From positions 171,842 through 235,841 of the forward strand of contig CAWDHY010000001.1 of assembly GCA_963802255.1 (NCBI GenBank): a stretch of 64,000 nt of DNA. Direction: 5' to 3'. The notes beneath the pieces were generated by a model. It worked only from the letters and a program-made list of their open reading frames with translations, was not told the origin of the DNA and made no database searches. A program made the translations under genes and the position numbers. Position 1 is the first letter of the stretch. Every line of letters begins with the position of its first letter. The DNA comes from Candidatus Magasanikiibacteriota bacterium. GTDB taxonomy: Bacteria > Patescibacteriota > Patescibacteriia > Magasanikbacterales > GWA2-37-8. Below are positions 8,932 to 18,253 of the stretch, piece by piece.

Positions 8932-10080
8932 TTATTTAACGCTCTTAACAATAATTTTCAGTTTATCACCCACGCTTGGCGTCCGGCTTATCCAGCTTGG
9001 GGTGAACTTAATATCCATCCCGGTCACGTGAGGAAGGCTGACAATATATCTTTCAATTTCTCCTTTTTGTTTATTTAGAAAATATTCTTTATTTAATAGC
9101 GGCGCATTTGCATCAAGAGTTACGATTGCTTCTGTCGCTACCTGTAATTGAGCTGAATTGTTGACTAAATCCGTAGCCGCCACTGTTACTTTTGGATCGT
9201 CTCCAATAGAAAGAATTTTTTCTGATGCGGTATCAATACCGTTTGCAACCTCTTTTTTTAATATTTCATTCAGCGAGTTTTTGTTGTACATGATTAGAGT
9301 AAGAGTGCTCGTGCCGTGAATTTCAAATTCGCTCGCTTCAGCGCCAATGCCCAGCGTACTGGTGGCACCGTTTTGCGATATGGAGACAATAGTTTGGTCA
9401 AATACATCTGAACTGGTAGATAAAGTTTTTAAAAATGCTACCTTGGTCTTTTCAGCGAAATCAGCATCAGCCGATTTGTAATCTGATTCTGATATTACGC
9501 CCACTTTTCCTGACCCGCCGGTCATCGGCTTGATACTTTCGGCATAAACAACTTTTTGTTTTTCCGTGTTTAATCCGGGAATAGTAAACTTGCTCGAGCC
9601 GATATCACTTGCCGCACCTGGTTGGTCGGCATAGACTTGTGCTGTCACCTGCCCTTCGGCCGGTACAGTGACGCGGTCTGAAAGTCTGAACAAAATGCCT
9701 TCGGCGGTTATTACACGCGTTGTTTTGACCAATGGCTGGTCCTCGGTAGTTTTATTATAAAGAATGACCTCTCCTTTTGAAGTGCCGTCGACTTGGCGGG
9801 TTGCGGTTGGAAAATATTTTTCAGACCAGAAAAATTGCGTGGTTGTAACCACTGCGACTAATGATTTGTCGCCCTTTTTTTCAGCCTCCGCGTTGATAAT
9901 GATATTAATTGTCTTGCTGTCCTCTTTTGCCACAATAACGATCTCAGTCTTTTTAAGCATGGTAAAAATAACAATCGCGAGCAAAGCGATTGTCACGACC
10001 AAAAAAGTGAGGGCAATAATGCGATAAACGCGCACCGGCGGTTCCGGCACTGTATGTGTTTGTAAACGATGGGCTATCAT
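8932..10080 (-). CDS. hypothetical membrane-anchored protein (last gene of the pilB operon)
   Basis: 382 aa. Short N-terminal cytoplasmic segment, one TM (IIALTFLVVTIALLAIVIFTML), then a large extracytoplasmic domain. Starts 34 nt downstream of the pilB stop. Confidence 0.6.
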   Translation of the reverse strand: MIAHRLQTHTVPEPPVRVYRIIALTFLVVTIALLAIVIFTMLKKTEIVIVAKEDSKTINIIINAEAEKKGDKSLVAVVTTTQFFWSEKYFPTATRQVDGTSKGEVILYNKTTEDQPLVKTTRVITAEGILFRLSDRVTVPAEGQVTAQVYADQPGAASDIGSSKFTIPGLNTEKQKVVYAESIKPMTGGSGKVGVISESDYKSADADFAEKTKVAFLKTLSTSSDVFDQTIVSISQNGATSTLGIGAEASEFEIHGTSTLTLIMYNKNSLNEILKKEVANGIDTASEKILSIGDDPKVTVAATDLVNNSAQLQVATEAIVTLDANAPLLNKEYFLNKQKGEIERYIVSLPHVTGMDIKFTPSWISRTPSVGDKLKIIVKSVK

Positions 10081-10113
10081 ATGATTAAGCTATTTCGTTA
10101 TTATTATAGCACA

Positions 10114-11856
10114 TTACTCAGCCACTTTAAATACTTCATCCACACTGGTAATTTGAGACAGCGCTTTTAGCAAGCCGTCTTGTACCATTGTTACCATACC
10201 GTTTTTTACGGCAATTTCCTGGATTACGTATTCGGACACCTGGGCGGATAAAATAACCTGTTCAATCTCTTTATTCATTGTAAATATTTCATAAATACCG
10301 ACCCGGCCTTTATATCCTAAGCCGCTACATTCCGTACAGCCGGGGCCGGCAAAAAAGTGAAGGTCATCCAAATTTACATTTTTCTTTTCCGCTTCGGGCA
10401 AAGCACCGAGAATTGATTTTACGCGTTCTAATTTTTCAGGTTCAAGCTGGATTTCTTTACGGCATGATTCGCAAATGCGGCGGACCAGGCGTTGTCCGAT
10501 AATTGCGTTAAGAGCCGGTGCAAGTAAAAATGGCTTTACACCCATTGAAAGAAAGCGGGGGATCGCGCCGGAAGCAGAATTTGTATGGATGGTAGAAAGC
10601 ATTAAATGTCCGGTTAGAGCCGCTTGAATGGCGATTTCCGCAGTTTCTAAATCGCGGATTTCGCCGACCATACAAATATCCGGATCCTGACGCAGAATGG
10701 AGCGTAAACCCTTGGCAAAAGTGTAATCACGGCTTGGATCAACCTGGCTTTGGTTGATTCCTTCCATTTTAATTTCGACCGGATCTTCTAAAGTGATAAT
10801 TTTTACACCAGGTTCATTTAAGGTGCGTAAAATTGCATAAAGCGTAGTGGTTTTACCGGAGCCGGTTGGACCTGTGGTAATAATCATACCATTTGGCCTT
10901 TCCACTTCTTTGCGTAATCTTTCATAGGCCTCTCCGCGAAGACCGAGGTCGTCATAAGTGACGCCTTTTGAACCGCTATGTAAAATACGCATTACAATTG
11001 ATTCGCCGTAGGTGGTCGGCATGGTGGAAACGCGTACGTCAATTGAGCTGGATGCCAGCCTTAATGTAACGCGGCCGTCTTGCGGCTTATCTGTAATATT
11101 AATTTTTAAACCGGCCAAAAGTTTTATGCGGGAGACAAAACGCTTCCATTGATCTTTTGGTAAAGTTGCTACATCATGTAATTCACCATCAATGCGGTAG
11201 CGCACGGCAATGCCTTTTTCTTCCGCCTCAACATGAATATCGGACGAGTTAGTTTTTAAAGCCGAGGCGATCATTAAAGTTAAAATATCCGTTATGGAAA
11301 TATTTTTGAACATTTCCTGCAGGCCCTGCAAATTAGTGATATTGGACTGAAAGCGGTCAAGTTCTTCATCGGTAATATTTATATCTTTTGTAATCGGTTT
11401 AATAATCGGGAGCGTTTCGTACAATTTCAGGGCAGTATTAAAACTGTTTTCCGATACCAAATATATCTGCACCTTTCCATGATGTTTTTCGCCGATTTGA
11501 TAAGCATATTCATTTAAAGCTTCGTTGTATTCATGCGTGGCGACGCGGATGTCGTCCGGAGTATAATAAAAACAAATTGCTTTGCGTTCACGGGCTTCGG
11601 CTTCAGGAATAGTTTTCAAAGCTTCGGCAGAAATAGGGAAGGCGGTCAGGCTGATATACGGCAAACCTAAATTCATGGCGGCCGCCATCGTCTCTTCCTC
11701 TTTTGCCTTTAGGTCAAGCTCATGCATTTTTTGCGAGAACTTTTCTTGCGTCGTAGGCGTTCCGGATGGTGCTTTCGCCGCGCCACCGGTTTTTTTTATC
11801 AGGTCATTTATTGACGGAAAATCAGACATATTACTTTTTAAATAACCCCCCTGCAT
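10114..11856 (-). CDS. pilB: type IV pilus assembly ATPase PilB (GspE family)
   Basis: 580 aa. Walker A GPTGSGKTTT, Asp box, Walker B DPDICMVGEIRD, His box, tetra-Cys CESC..CTEC, N-terminal GSPII_E_N-like region. An alternative start at 11829 (MSDFPS) would remove the overlap with the upstream gene. Confidence 0.9.
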   Translation of the reverse strand: MQGGYLKSNMSDFPSINDLIKKTGGAAKAPSGTPTTQEKFSQKMHELDLKAKEEETMAAAMNLGLPYISLTAFPISAEALKTIPEAEARERKAICFYYTPDDIRVATHEYNEALNEYAYQIGEKHHGKVQIYLVSENSFNTALKLYETLPIIKPITKDINITDEELDRFQSNITNLQGLQEMFKNISITDILTLMIASALKTNSSDIHVEAEEKGIAVRYRIDGELHDVATLPKDQWKRFVSRIKLLAGLKINITDKPQDGRVTLRLASSSIDVRVSTMPTTYGESIVMRILHSGSKGVTYDDLGLRGEAYERLRKEVERPNGMIITTGPTGSGKTTTLYAILRTLNEPGVKIITLEDPVEIKMEGINQSQVDPSRDYTFAKGLRSILRQDPDICMVGEIRDLETAEIAIQAALTGHLMLSTIHTNSASGAIPRFLSMGVKPFLLAPALNAIIGQRLVRRICESCRKEIQLEPEKLERVKSILGALPEAEKKNVNLDDLHFFAGPGCTECSGLGYKGRVGIYEIFTMNKEIEQVILSAQVSEYVIQEIAVKNGMVTMVQDGLLKALSQITSVDEVFKVAE

Positions 11857-12796
11857 GATGAATTATACGGCTAAAAATGCCTTCATGGTGCATCTTCATA
11901 AATAAATACATCCAGACGCTCATATAATATGTATTGTAGATAGCTCCGAAAATTGTGATAAGTATGAGTAAAAGTACAAAGCCGAAAATGGCGCCGAATA
12001 CAGCCAAGGCCGCGCTGCCAAACGCGCCGGCAATGAGCCAGACAAAAACTGCCGGGATAAAAGAGTAGGAAATAAGAACGGCAAAAAATATTATCAGCAG
12101 AAAATCCAAAACAGTTAGAATGGCACTAATTTCAAAAGAAACAAGTAGGTGTGTGTGCAATAATTTCCAGGATTTTTTGAAGGAGGAAATTAATGATTTA
12201 TCGTCAATTACGGTATATCCGGAGGCAAAAATTGTCACAGCGGAAATTATCCAGCCGAGAAGAATCGTGAAACCCAGCATTACGATATCAATTATCAAGT
12301 ACCAATTATTTTTTGAATAGGGAAGTTTGATCCAGATAATGCCAAAGATGAAAACAGTCAGGAGCAAGGCAATTTTTCTGATCACTTCTATTGTAAAAAT
12401 TCTCCAAAAAAATTTTAAGCCCGTATTCCATATTTTGGAAATTTTTGGCATTGTTTCTTTTTTGTAGAAATCGGCAACAGCAATCAACAAGGCCGCCTTT
12501 GCGGTCACTGAAATATATATGACGGCAAGAGCAATCACACAAAGTACACCTGTCAGCCAGACCAGCCAGATTACTGATGGAACTGTACTGACACCGAGCC
12601 CCGGCCAGTGCCAATTTAAGAGCCAGCTAGCCTGACCTCCGCTGCCCATTGTAATCATCATTTGCGAAATAAAATTGCTCAAACCGAATGACCCGGCAAA
12701 TAGCACCGATAAAAGGCCGAGAAGCCAAAGCCCGGTGTTTTTATAAACCAGACGCCACGCTTCAAGCAATGCTTGTCTGTATGTTGGTTGGTGCAT
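11831..12796 (-). CDS. polytopic integral membrane protein, unknown function
   Basis: 321 aa with about eight hydrophobic helices. Tightly packed in the operon between a cohesin-like gene and pilB. Does not look like PilC/GspF. Confidence 0.6.
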   Translation of the reverse strand: MHQPTYRQALLEAWRLVYKNTGLWLLGLLSVLFAGSFGLSNFISQMMITMGSGGQASWLLNWHWPGLGVSTVPSVIWLVWLTGVLCVIALAVIYISVTAKAALLIAVADFYKKETMPKISKIWNTGLKFFWRIFTIEVIRKIALLLTVFIFGIIWIKLPYSKNNWYLIIDIVMLGFTILLGWIISAVTIFASGYTVIDDKSLISSFKKSWKLLHTHLLVSFEISAILTVLDFLLIIFFAVLISYSFIPAVFVWLIAGAFGSAALAVFGAIFGFVLLLILITIFGAIYNTYYMSVWMYLFMKMHHEGIFSRIIHHAGGLFKK

Positions 12797-12799
12797 ATG

Positions 12800-13648
12800 C
12801 TATTTTTTTCTTTTACTTTTTTTCCAAAAATTAAATTTCTTGCCCTTAAAGTGATGTTTGTTTTCGTGTATAAAGGCTTCTATAAAACCCCAAAGAGATA
12901 TTGCCGCCGAAATGGCAATCATCAGAAGCAATAGCAGAAGCGATAAAGCCGACTGGTCAAAAATAATGTTATTTATTTTTAGAAATATTTTTGGCATTTT
13001 ATCCATTGAGCATGCCGTAGATGTGATGATATTAACCGTTGTTGTGACAACAGTAATTGGGGGAGTGGTTGTTGGCATCGTTGTAGCCGGCTCGGCCGGT
13101 ACAATCACCGGTTTTGGTTTTTCAACCGGTTCCTCAACAACTTTTTTTTCCAATATTGTATATGTTCCGCTTCCACGCGAAGCCAAGATACTCGTGCCTT
13201 CACCATCATTGGCTAGAACTTGCCCACCGACAATAGAAACTTTTGCCTGGCCAAGACTTTTTGCTTTGAAGTTGACCGTCACCAATCGGCCACCTTTGCC
13301 GGTATAACCGGGATTAAGTACGATGCCGGAAAAGTTTATATTGCCGGCATTATTAGTAAAAGTGGGGTTCTCAACCATTAAACTGAAAATTGAGCTTTTT
13401 GTTGAAACCGATATAACCTCAAGTTTATCCGGCGGAAATGAAACAATTGCTTGTGCGGTGTTCATCGCCTGGTCTGCTGAAGAAACAAAAACTCCGACTT
13501 GGAAAGTTTCTCCAATACGGTATGAACCGGAAGACGGTGAAAGATATAGAGAGGCGGCGTGGGCGCCCGCGCCGAAAAACATTGTAGCAATCAGGAAAAG
13601 CGTGAAAAACCCAAAATTACTTATTTTTTTTATTACGTTTTTTCGCAT
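12800..13648 (-). CDS. cohesin-domain-like surface protein with C-terminal membrane anchor
   Basis: 282 aa. Signal peptide, then an all-beta segment typical of CPR/archaeal cohesin modules (LYLSPSSGSYRIGETFQVGVFVSS..NINFSGIV), a Pro/Thr-rich linker, and a C-terminal TM plus basic tail. Confidence 0.5.
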   Translation of the reverse strand: MRKNVIKKISNFGFFTLFLIATMFFGAGAHAASLYLSPSSGSYRIGETFQVGVFVSSADQAMNTAQAIVSFPPDKLEVISVSTKSSIFSLMVENPTFTNNAGNINFSGIVLNPGYTGKGGRLVTVNFKAKSLGQAKVSIVGGQVLANDGEGTSILASRGSGTYTILEKKVVEEPVEKPKPVIVPAEPATTMPTTTPPITVVTTTVNIITSTACSMDKMPKIFLKINNIIFDQSALSLLLLLLMIAISAAISLWGFIEAFIHENKHHFKGKKFNFWKKSKRKK

Positions 13649-14528
13649 ATATTAGAATACAGGCAAAAGTAATTGCCATGAGCAATACTATTATACCGCA
13701 AAAAAGCGGATTTTCATACCAGAAAATTGAAGATGACGCCTGAATGGCGGAGATGCGGTCATTTCCCTGTTTATCAATCGCTTTGACAAAAATATCACTT
13801 TTTAATTTTTGATCGTTTAGCCGGTATGGGCTTTCTGCTTTTTTCCAAATTCCAAAAGTATAATCTTTTTGGAATAAATGAAATGTCTTTCTTTCCATTA
13901 TCTCATAGTGGTCAATGCCCGATTGTTTATCTTGAGTTTGAAAAATTATTGCATAATCGCCGTTAAATAAATTTTGTGTTTTGATAATTTGCGGAATAAA
14001 ATTATCCGGTTTTGTGGTATCAAATACAGTAACTAATTCAGAACCTTTTTCTTTATCTAAAGGATTTACTTGAATCGAAATATTTTTTAAAACCGTGGCA
14101 TCTTCTGTCCCATTTCCATCATTCAGCAAGGCCTGTACCGTAGCGAAATTGATATTAGCCTCACCCTCTGTTTTTGCCCTAAAAATAACGGAAAAAATCA
14201 AAAGTTGGTTGTTGAAACCATTGGGTACAATACCGGAAAAATTGATTGTGCCCGGCTGGGAGATTTGCGGCGGTTCAACCCATAAATTGATGCCTGAATT
14301 TCCTGTTAGTATTTTATCTACATCCAATAAATTTTCCGAAAAAATTATTTTTCCCGATAACGCATTGATGGGAAATTCCTTTGCGTCAATAATCGCGTCT
14401 ATTTTAAATTCGTCTCCGGTATTTACATTTGCAGGAGCTCCGAAAAATAAAAAATCAGCGGCAAAAATACCTGCGGCTGAAAATATAAATATTGCGATGC
14501 TAAAAATTAAAAAAATTATTTTTTTCAC
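13617..14528 (-). CDS. cohesin-domain-like surface protein with C-terminal membrane anchor (paralogous architecture)
   Basis: 303 aa. Signal peptide, similar cohesin-like segment (GDEFKIDAIIDAKEFPINALSGKIIFSENLLDV..TINFSGIVPNG), and a C-terminal TM plus KKRNKKNK tail. Confidence 0.5.
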   Translation of the reverse strand: MKKIIFLIFSIAIFIFSAAGIFAADFLFFGAPANVNTGDEFKIDAIIDAKEFPINALSGKIIFSENLLDVDKILTGNSGINLWVEPPQISQPGTINFSGIVPNGFNNQLLIFSVIFRAKTEGEANINFATVQALLNDGNGTEDATVLKNISIQVNPLDKEKGSELVTVFDTTKPDNFIPQIIKTQNLFNGDYAIIFQTQDKQSGIDHYEIMERKTFHLFQKDYTFGIWKKAESPYRLNDQKLKSDIFVKAIDKQGNDRISAIQASSSIFWYENPLFCGIIVLLMAITFACILIYAKKRNKKNK

Positions 14529-14532
14529 AATT

Positions 14533-15633
14533 TTAACCAGTCCAATAATAAGCGAGAATGCTAAAATCGACTAAATTTATCAATTGGTCTCCATTCAGTT
14601 GGCTTTCTTCAATTGAGAAAAACGAGGGGAGAATGTCCCTTTTATACCAATAAGCGGCAATAGAAAAATCCACCAGGTTTACGCGACAATCGCCGTTTAG
14701 GTCGCCTTTTTTTGGACATTTCCCATCAGGTTCTTTAATAATTGTTTTTTCGCCAACCGTAAATGTTATTGGTGAGGTATATTCACTTTGCATTACCCCA
14801 AGAATTGCCCTTGCTTTTATTGAATATTGTCCTAAAAGCATTGTCGCTGTATCTATCGAAAGCTGGTAATTACCATTAGCTGAAGCTGTTACGTGATAGA
14901 TTGATTCGTTACCGTCGTCTCTTATTAAACTGAGAGTAATTTCCGCGCCAGGGGCTGCTTCACCGAATATTGCGATTGGTTCGCCCTGCTTTACTTCACG
15001 CTTGTCAGCGTCAATTGTAGGTGAAAGAAGAATATTACTGACGGTAACTGACTGACCTTGTTGGCTAATAGATGTATTAGTGATAAATGAGGCCGATCGG
15101 CGTCCGGCAGAGTCTACATAATAAACGGTGAAATGATAATTGCCGGTTGATAAGTTACCGACAATAATATTGAAATCGCCGAGTGCGGTAGAAGTGCCAT
15201 TTGAAACTAAAATACCGTCTTTTAATATTTTTATTGACGCGTATGGCGCAGCTTTACCGGTAAATGATACTTGAGACAAAACAACTGTTCCACCGCCTCC
15301 ACCACCACCGCCTCCACCACTACAGGCGGCACAAAGAGCTCCGCCACAGTCAATACCAGTTTCGTCAAAATCTTTTATGCCGTTTGTACAGTGACTGGCG
15401 CACGCCGGGCAAGTTGCACCGCCGCAGTCAATTCCTGTTTCGTCAAAATTTTTGATACTGTCAACGCAATGATCGTAGGGGACGGATGAACTGACTGAAA
15501 CATTTAATTTTTGCCCTGCGTCAGCCGTAAAAACCGCAAGAGGCAACAATAAAAACACAAGCCCCATGAAAATAATTTTTGGGGCTCGCGTCAAAAAGTT
15601 AGGTAAATTTCGTTTCAGAAAATCGCTCCGCAT
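14533..15633 (-). CDS. secreted dockerin-domain protein with duplicated Cys-rich motif and poly-Gly linker
   Basis: 366 aa. Signal peptide. Two copies of DFDETGIDCGGA(T/L)C(P/A)AC. A G10 run. Two C-terminal type-I dockerin F-hand repeats: GDLNGDCRVNLVDFSIAAYWY and QLNGDQLINLVDFSILAYYW. Confidence 0.6.
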   Translation of the reverse strand: MRSDFLKRNLPNFLTRAPKIIFMGLVFLLLPLAVFTADAGQKLNVSVSSSVPYDHCVDSIKNFDETGIDCGGATCPACASHCTNGIKDFDETGIDCGGALCAACSGGGGGGGGGGTVVLSQVSFTGKAAPYASIKILKDGILVSNGTSTALGDFNIIVGNLSTGNYHFTVYYVDSAGRRSASFITNTSISQQGQSVTVSNILLSPTIDADKREVKQGEPIAIFGEAAPGAEITLSLIRDDGNESIYHVTASANGNYQLSIDTATMLLGQYSIKARAILGVMQSEYTSPITFTVGEKTIIKEPDGKCPKKGDLNGDCRVNLVDFSIAAYWYKRDILPSFFSIEESQLNGDQLINLVDFSILAYYWTG

Positions 15634-15641
15634 GTCTATAT

Positions 15642-16598
15642 CTATTTATTTTCAATTTTTACAATTTTAAATTTTTTCCTAAACAGTTTCGCACTGATCC
15701 ATAGCACTAAAATAATACCAAGTACAATTATCCCTTCCTGCCAAGGGAAAATCCAGATGATAATTGATTTTGAACCGATACCAGGACCGCCTTCTTCCAT
15801 TGAGACATCAGCGGTGATTTTAACCGGGCCAAAAAGGTATTTTTTATCCCAGCGGGAAGCGTATGTCCGGTCATAACCCGGGAAAACTACACCTGGCTTA
15901 TTTAGATCAGTCTCTTTTTTACCGGGGTTATAAAACTCGACCGTGTCCTTTCGCCACAGGTTGCTGAAAGTAATATTTCCAGTAGGCGTAAAGTAGGAAT
16001 TACCTTCATTTTTGATTTTGAAGCTAATATCGACCGGGCCACGGCTTAAAAATCGTGGAGCATTAATTGAGGTAATTTCAGCGCCCTTTATTATGTCACC
16101 CGAAACTTCAAATAAAAGAACTGTGCCAACTCGTCCGCTGATACTGACACCACTTTCCACATCGGTTGAAGGTTTTGCCGGCAAAGCTCTAAATAATACC
16201 GCGCCAAAATGTCCGCCCGGCTGCGCATTTTCCGGTACTTCTATTGAATAATTAATTAATTTACTTTCTTTTGGCCGAAGAACAAATTCTTCGTTATTTT
16301 CGAACTTAATCCAAGAAGAAAGACCCCAGCCGGTATCAACTTCGCCTAGAAGTTCTACAACTCCTTCAGACCCTCCCATCAGGTTTTCTTTTTCGGGTCT
16401 GATACGCACCTCTTCACTGTCGCTGGAATTAATTATTGTTACCGCCCCCTCAAACGTTTGTCCCGGGTCTACTTTCCCTTTAACCGACAAAGGATAGGTA
16501 GAAATAGAAAGCTGCGCGGACGCAGCTTCTATATGTACCAAGCTAATTATGCCGGCAAAAAGGAGGGCAATTCCGAGTGTCAGTTTTGCTCTCCACAT
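15642..16598 (-). CDS. hypothetical cell-surface protein (signal peptide plus C-terminal TM anchor)
   Basis: 318 aa. N-terminal signal peptide, beta-rich middle, C-terminal TM (IIVLGIILVLWISAKLF) plus basic tail. Confidence 0.55.
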   Translation of the reverse strand: MWRAKLTLGIALLFAGIISLVHIEAASAQLSISTYPLSVKGKVDPGQTFEGAVTIINSSDSEEVRIRPEKENLMGGSEGVVELLGEVDTGWGLSSWIKFENNEEFVLRPKESKLINYSIEVPENAQPGGHFGAVLFRALPAKPSTDVESGVSISGRVGTVLLFEVSGDIIKGAEITSINAPRFLSRGPVDISFKIKNEGNSYFTPTGNITFSNLWRKDTVEFYNPGKKETDLNKPGVVFPGYDRTYASRWDKKYLFGPVKITADVSMEEGGPGIGSKSIIIWIFPWQEGIIVLGIILVLWISAKLFRKKFKIVKIENK

Positions 16599-16614
16599 AA
16601 GATTTTAAAGTTAA

Positions 16615-17259
16615 TTACGGATTGGTAATCGCGGTAAAGGTAACTGTACCAGTATACACACCGGATTGTTGCGTACCAGGAGCATCAGCTCTAAATCCAT
16701 AAGCAACAGTCTGAGCGCCTCCTACATAAGTGGCGATGGTGGCAATTTGTTGATCAGTTGTTGGGAAACCGGCATACAGAGCATTTGGCGCTGTATCATC
16801 AGACCCCCACCAGGAAGAATTATAAAGTGCCACATCAGTACCTGTTTGGTATACCCGAAATGATAAATTAGCGCCTACTTCTGGTGAAGTGGTTGCGTTC
16901 GGCGAGGAATAATTCCATCCTGTGGCGTCTGGAAAAGCAACATCCGGTGTTGAAGTGCCGTTGAGATTCAGTGTCGAACCAGCGTCATCGCGCTTTACCT
17001 GTAAATTCCACCCGCTGTAATCATTGGTGGTAACAGATAAAGAAGTATTACCGGTAATTGGCGTACCTGGAACTAAAGTACCAAGGTCCACTGTGGTAGT
17101 CGCGAGTGTCAACGTGATCGTTGAAGTCACGGTTAAAATAATTGTCTGAGTGTCTGAATCACTAGCCGCATTTGCCGGTTTTAGGTTGACTAAACCCAGT
17201 ATACCGACCGACGCGCAAAACATAGCGATCAGAATTACGAATGAGATGGTCCTCCTCAT
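16615..17259 (-). CDS. secreted Thr/Gly-rich protein (paralog of 17430-18149)
   Basis: 214 aa. Signal peptide. C-terminal ~110 aa clearly homologous to the divergently encoded neighbour (LNGTSTPDVAFPD..LSFRV.Q.GT..Y.S.WWG..DT....YAGFPT..QQI). Confidence 0.55.
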   Translation of the reverse strand: MRRTISFVILIAMFCASVGILGLVNLKPANAASDSDTQTIILTVTSTITLTLATTTVDLGTLVPGTPITGNTSLSVTTNDYSGWNLQVKRDDAGSTLNLNGTSTPDVAFPDATGWNYSSPNATTSPEVGANLSFRVYQTGTDVALYNSSWWGSDDTAPNALYAGFPTTDQQIATIATYVGGAQTVAYGFRADAPGTQQSGVYTGTVTFTAITNP

Positions 17260-17429
17260 AAAGATATAAATTAATTATTAATAAAAAAATATTTTTGGTG
17301 GACTTCACCAATGCTACTATAGCACAAAAATGAACTTTTTACATTCAATTACTTATCCACAGGAGTAGTCACTACGATGAGCAGGTTGTTCTATAAACAA
17401 TTTTTCGGTATAATATAGAAAACTAAGCT

Positions 17430-18149
17430 ATGAAATTTTTCCGAAAAATTATTATTGTCGCCTTTTTTTCACTAATTTTTGGTGCTGTTGTTTTTGCGGC
17501 CACTGAAGACCGCGGGTCATACAACGCCACATATCATGATTCCACATCTACGAATTTTGATTTAAAAGGCGGAGTAGGCGACCCGGCGGTTGGACGTTCA
17601 GCCAGTACAAATTATATTATTGATCACGGCTTGGTAATTGAGTTTGGCACAATGACTATTACAATTGCGACCAGTGTAAATTTTGGGGTTATTATTCCTT
17701 TGATTCCAGCAGAGGTTACATCAACCGTAAGTGTCAACATGGTGGGGGCGTTTAATGGATATAATTTATTAGTGAACAGGGATAATAGTACATCAACTAT
17801 CGATCTGAATGGGACATCAACGCCGGATGTTGCTTTTCCGGATGAAATCGCATGGAATCCCAGCGGCTCAGGAAACGCCACGGCAACGCCGGGGGATAAT
17901 TTGAGTTTCCGAGTTCAACAAGTTGGAACGAACTCAAATTATGATAGCACTTGGTGGGGAGCAAGCGACACTTCAGGAACGGCAAAATATGCCGGGTTTC
18001 CCACGGTGATGCAACAAATAATGAATTGTACAATGTGTAATTTTGGCTCTACTGACACAATTATTGGTTATCGCGCCTCAGCTCCGGTTTCGCAAACAAC
18101 AGGATTATATTACGGACCGATCACTGTCACAGCTTTGGTAAATCCGTAA
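17430..18149 (+). CDS. secreted Thr/Gly-rich protein (paralog of 16615-17259)
   Basis: 239 aa. Signal peptide. Shares the NGTSTPDVAFPD..WWG..YAGFPT..QQI C-terminal domain with the divergent neighbour. Confidence 0.55.
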   Translation: MKFFRKIIIVAFFSLIFGAVVFAATEDRGSYNATYHDSTSTNFDLKGGVGDPAVGRSASTNYIIDHGLVIEFGTMTITIATSVNFGVIIPLIPAEVTSTVSVNMVGAFNGYNLLVNRDNSTSTIDLNGTSTPDVAFPDEIAWNPSGSGNATATPGDNLSFRVQQVGTNSNYDSTWWGASDTSGTAKYAGFPTVMQQIMNCTMCNFGSTDTIIGYRASAPVSQTTGLYYGPITVTALVNP

Positions 18150-18169
18150 TTAAAAAAATTTTATTTATA

Positions 18170-18199
18170 AGCTGTGGAAGGTATATCCACAGCTTTTTC
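18170..18199 (+). terminator. Rho-independent terminator
   Basis: agctgtgg-aaggtatat-ccacagct followed by ttttt. Followed by gctataat, a -10-like box for the giant gene. Confidence 0.5.
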
Positions 18200-18253
18200 T
18201 TTTGGGCTAATAATTGTTTAAAAAATGTGCTATAATAATAATGTAATACATTT

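Noticed and set aside
12120-13655. Antisense ORFs 12120-12320, 12306-12614, 12858-13307, 13323-13655
   Set aside because: They are embedded antisense, or in alternate frames, within the well-supported membrane-protein and cohesin-like genes. Their translations are low-complexity.
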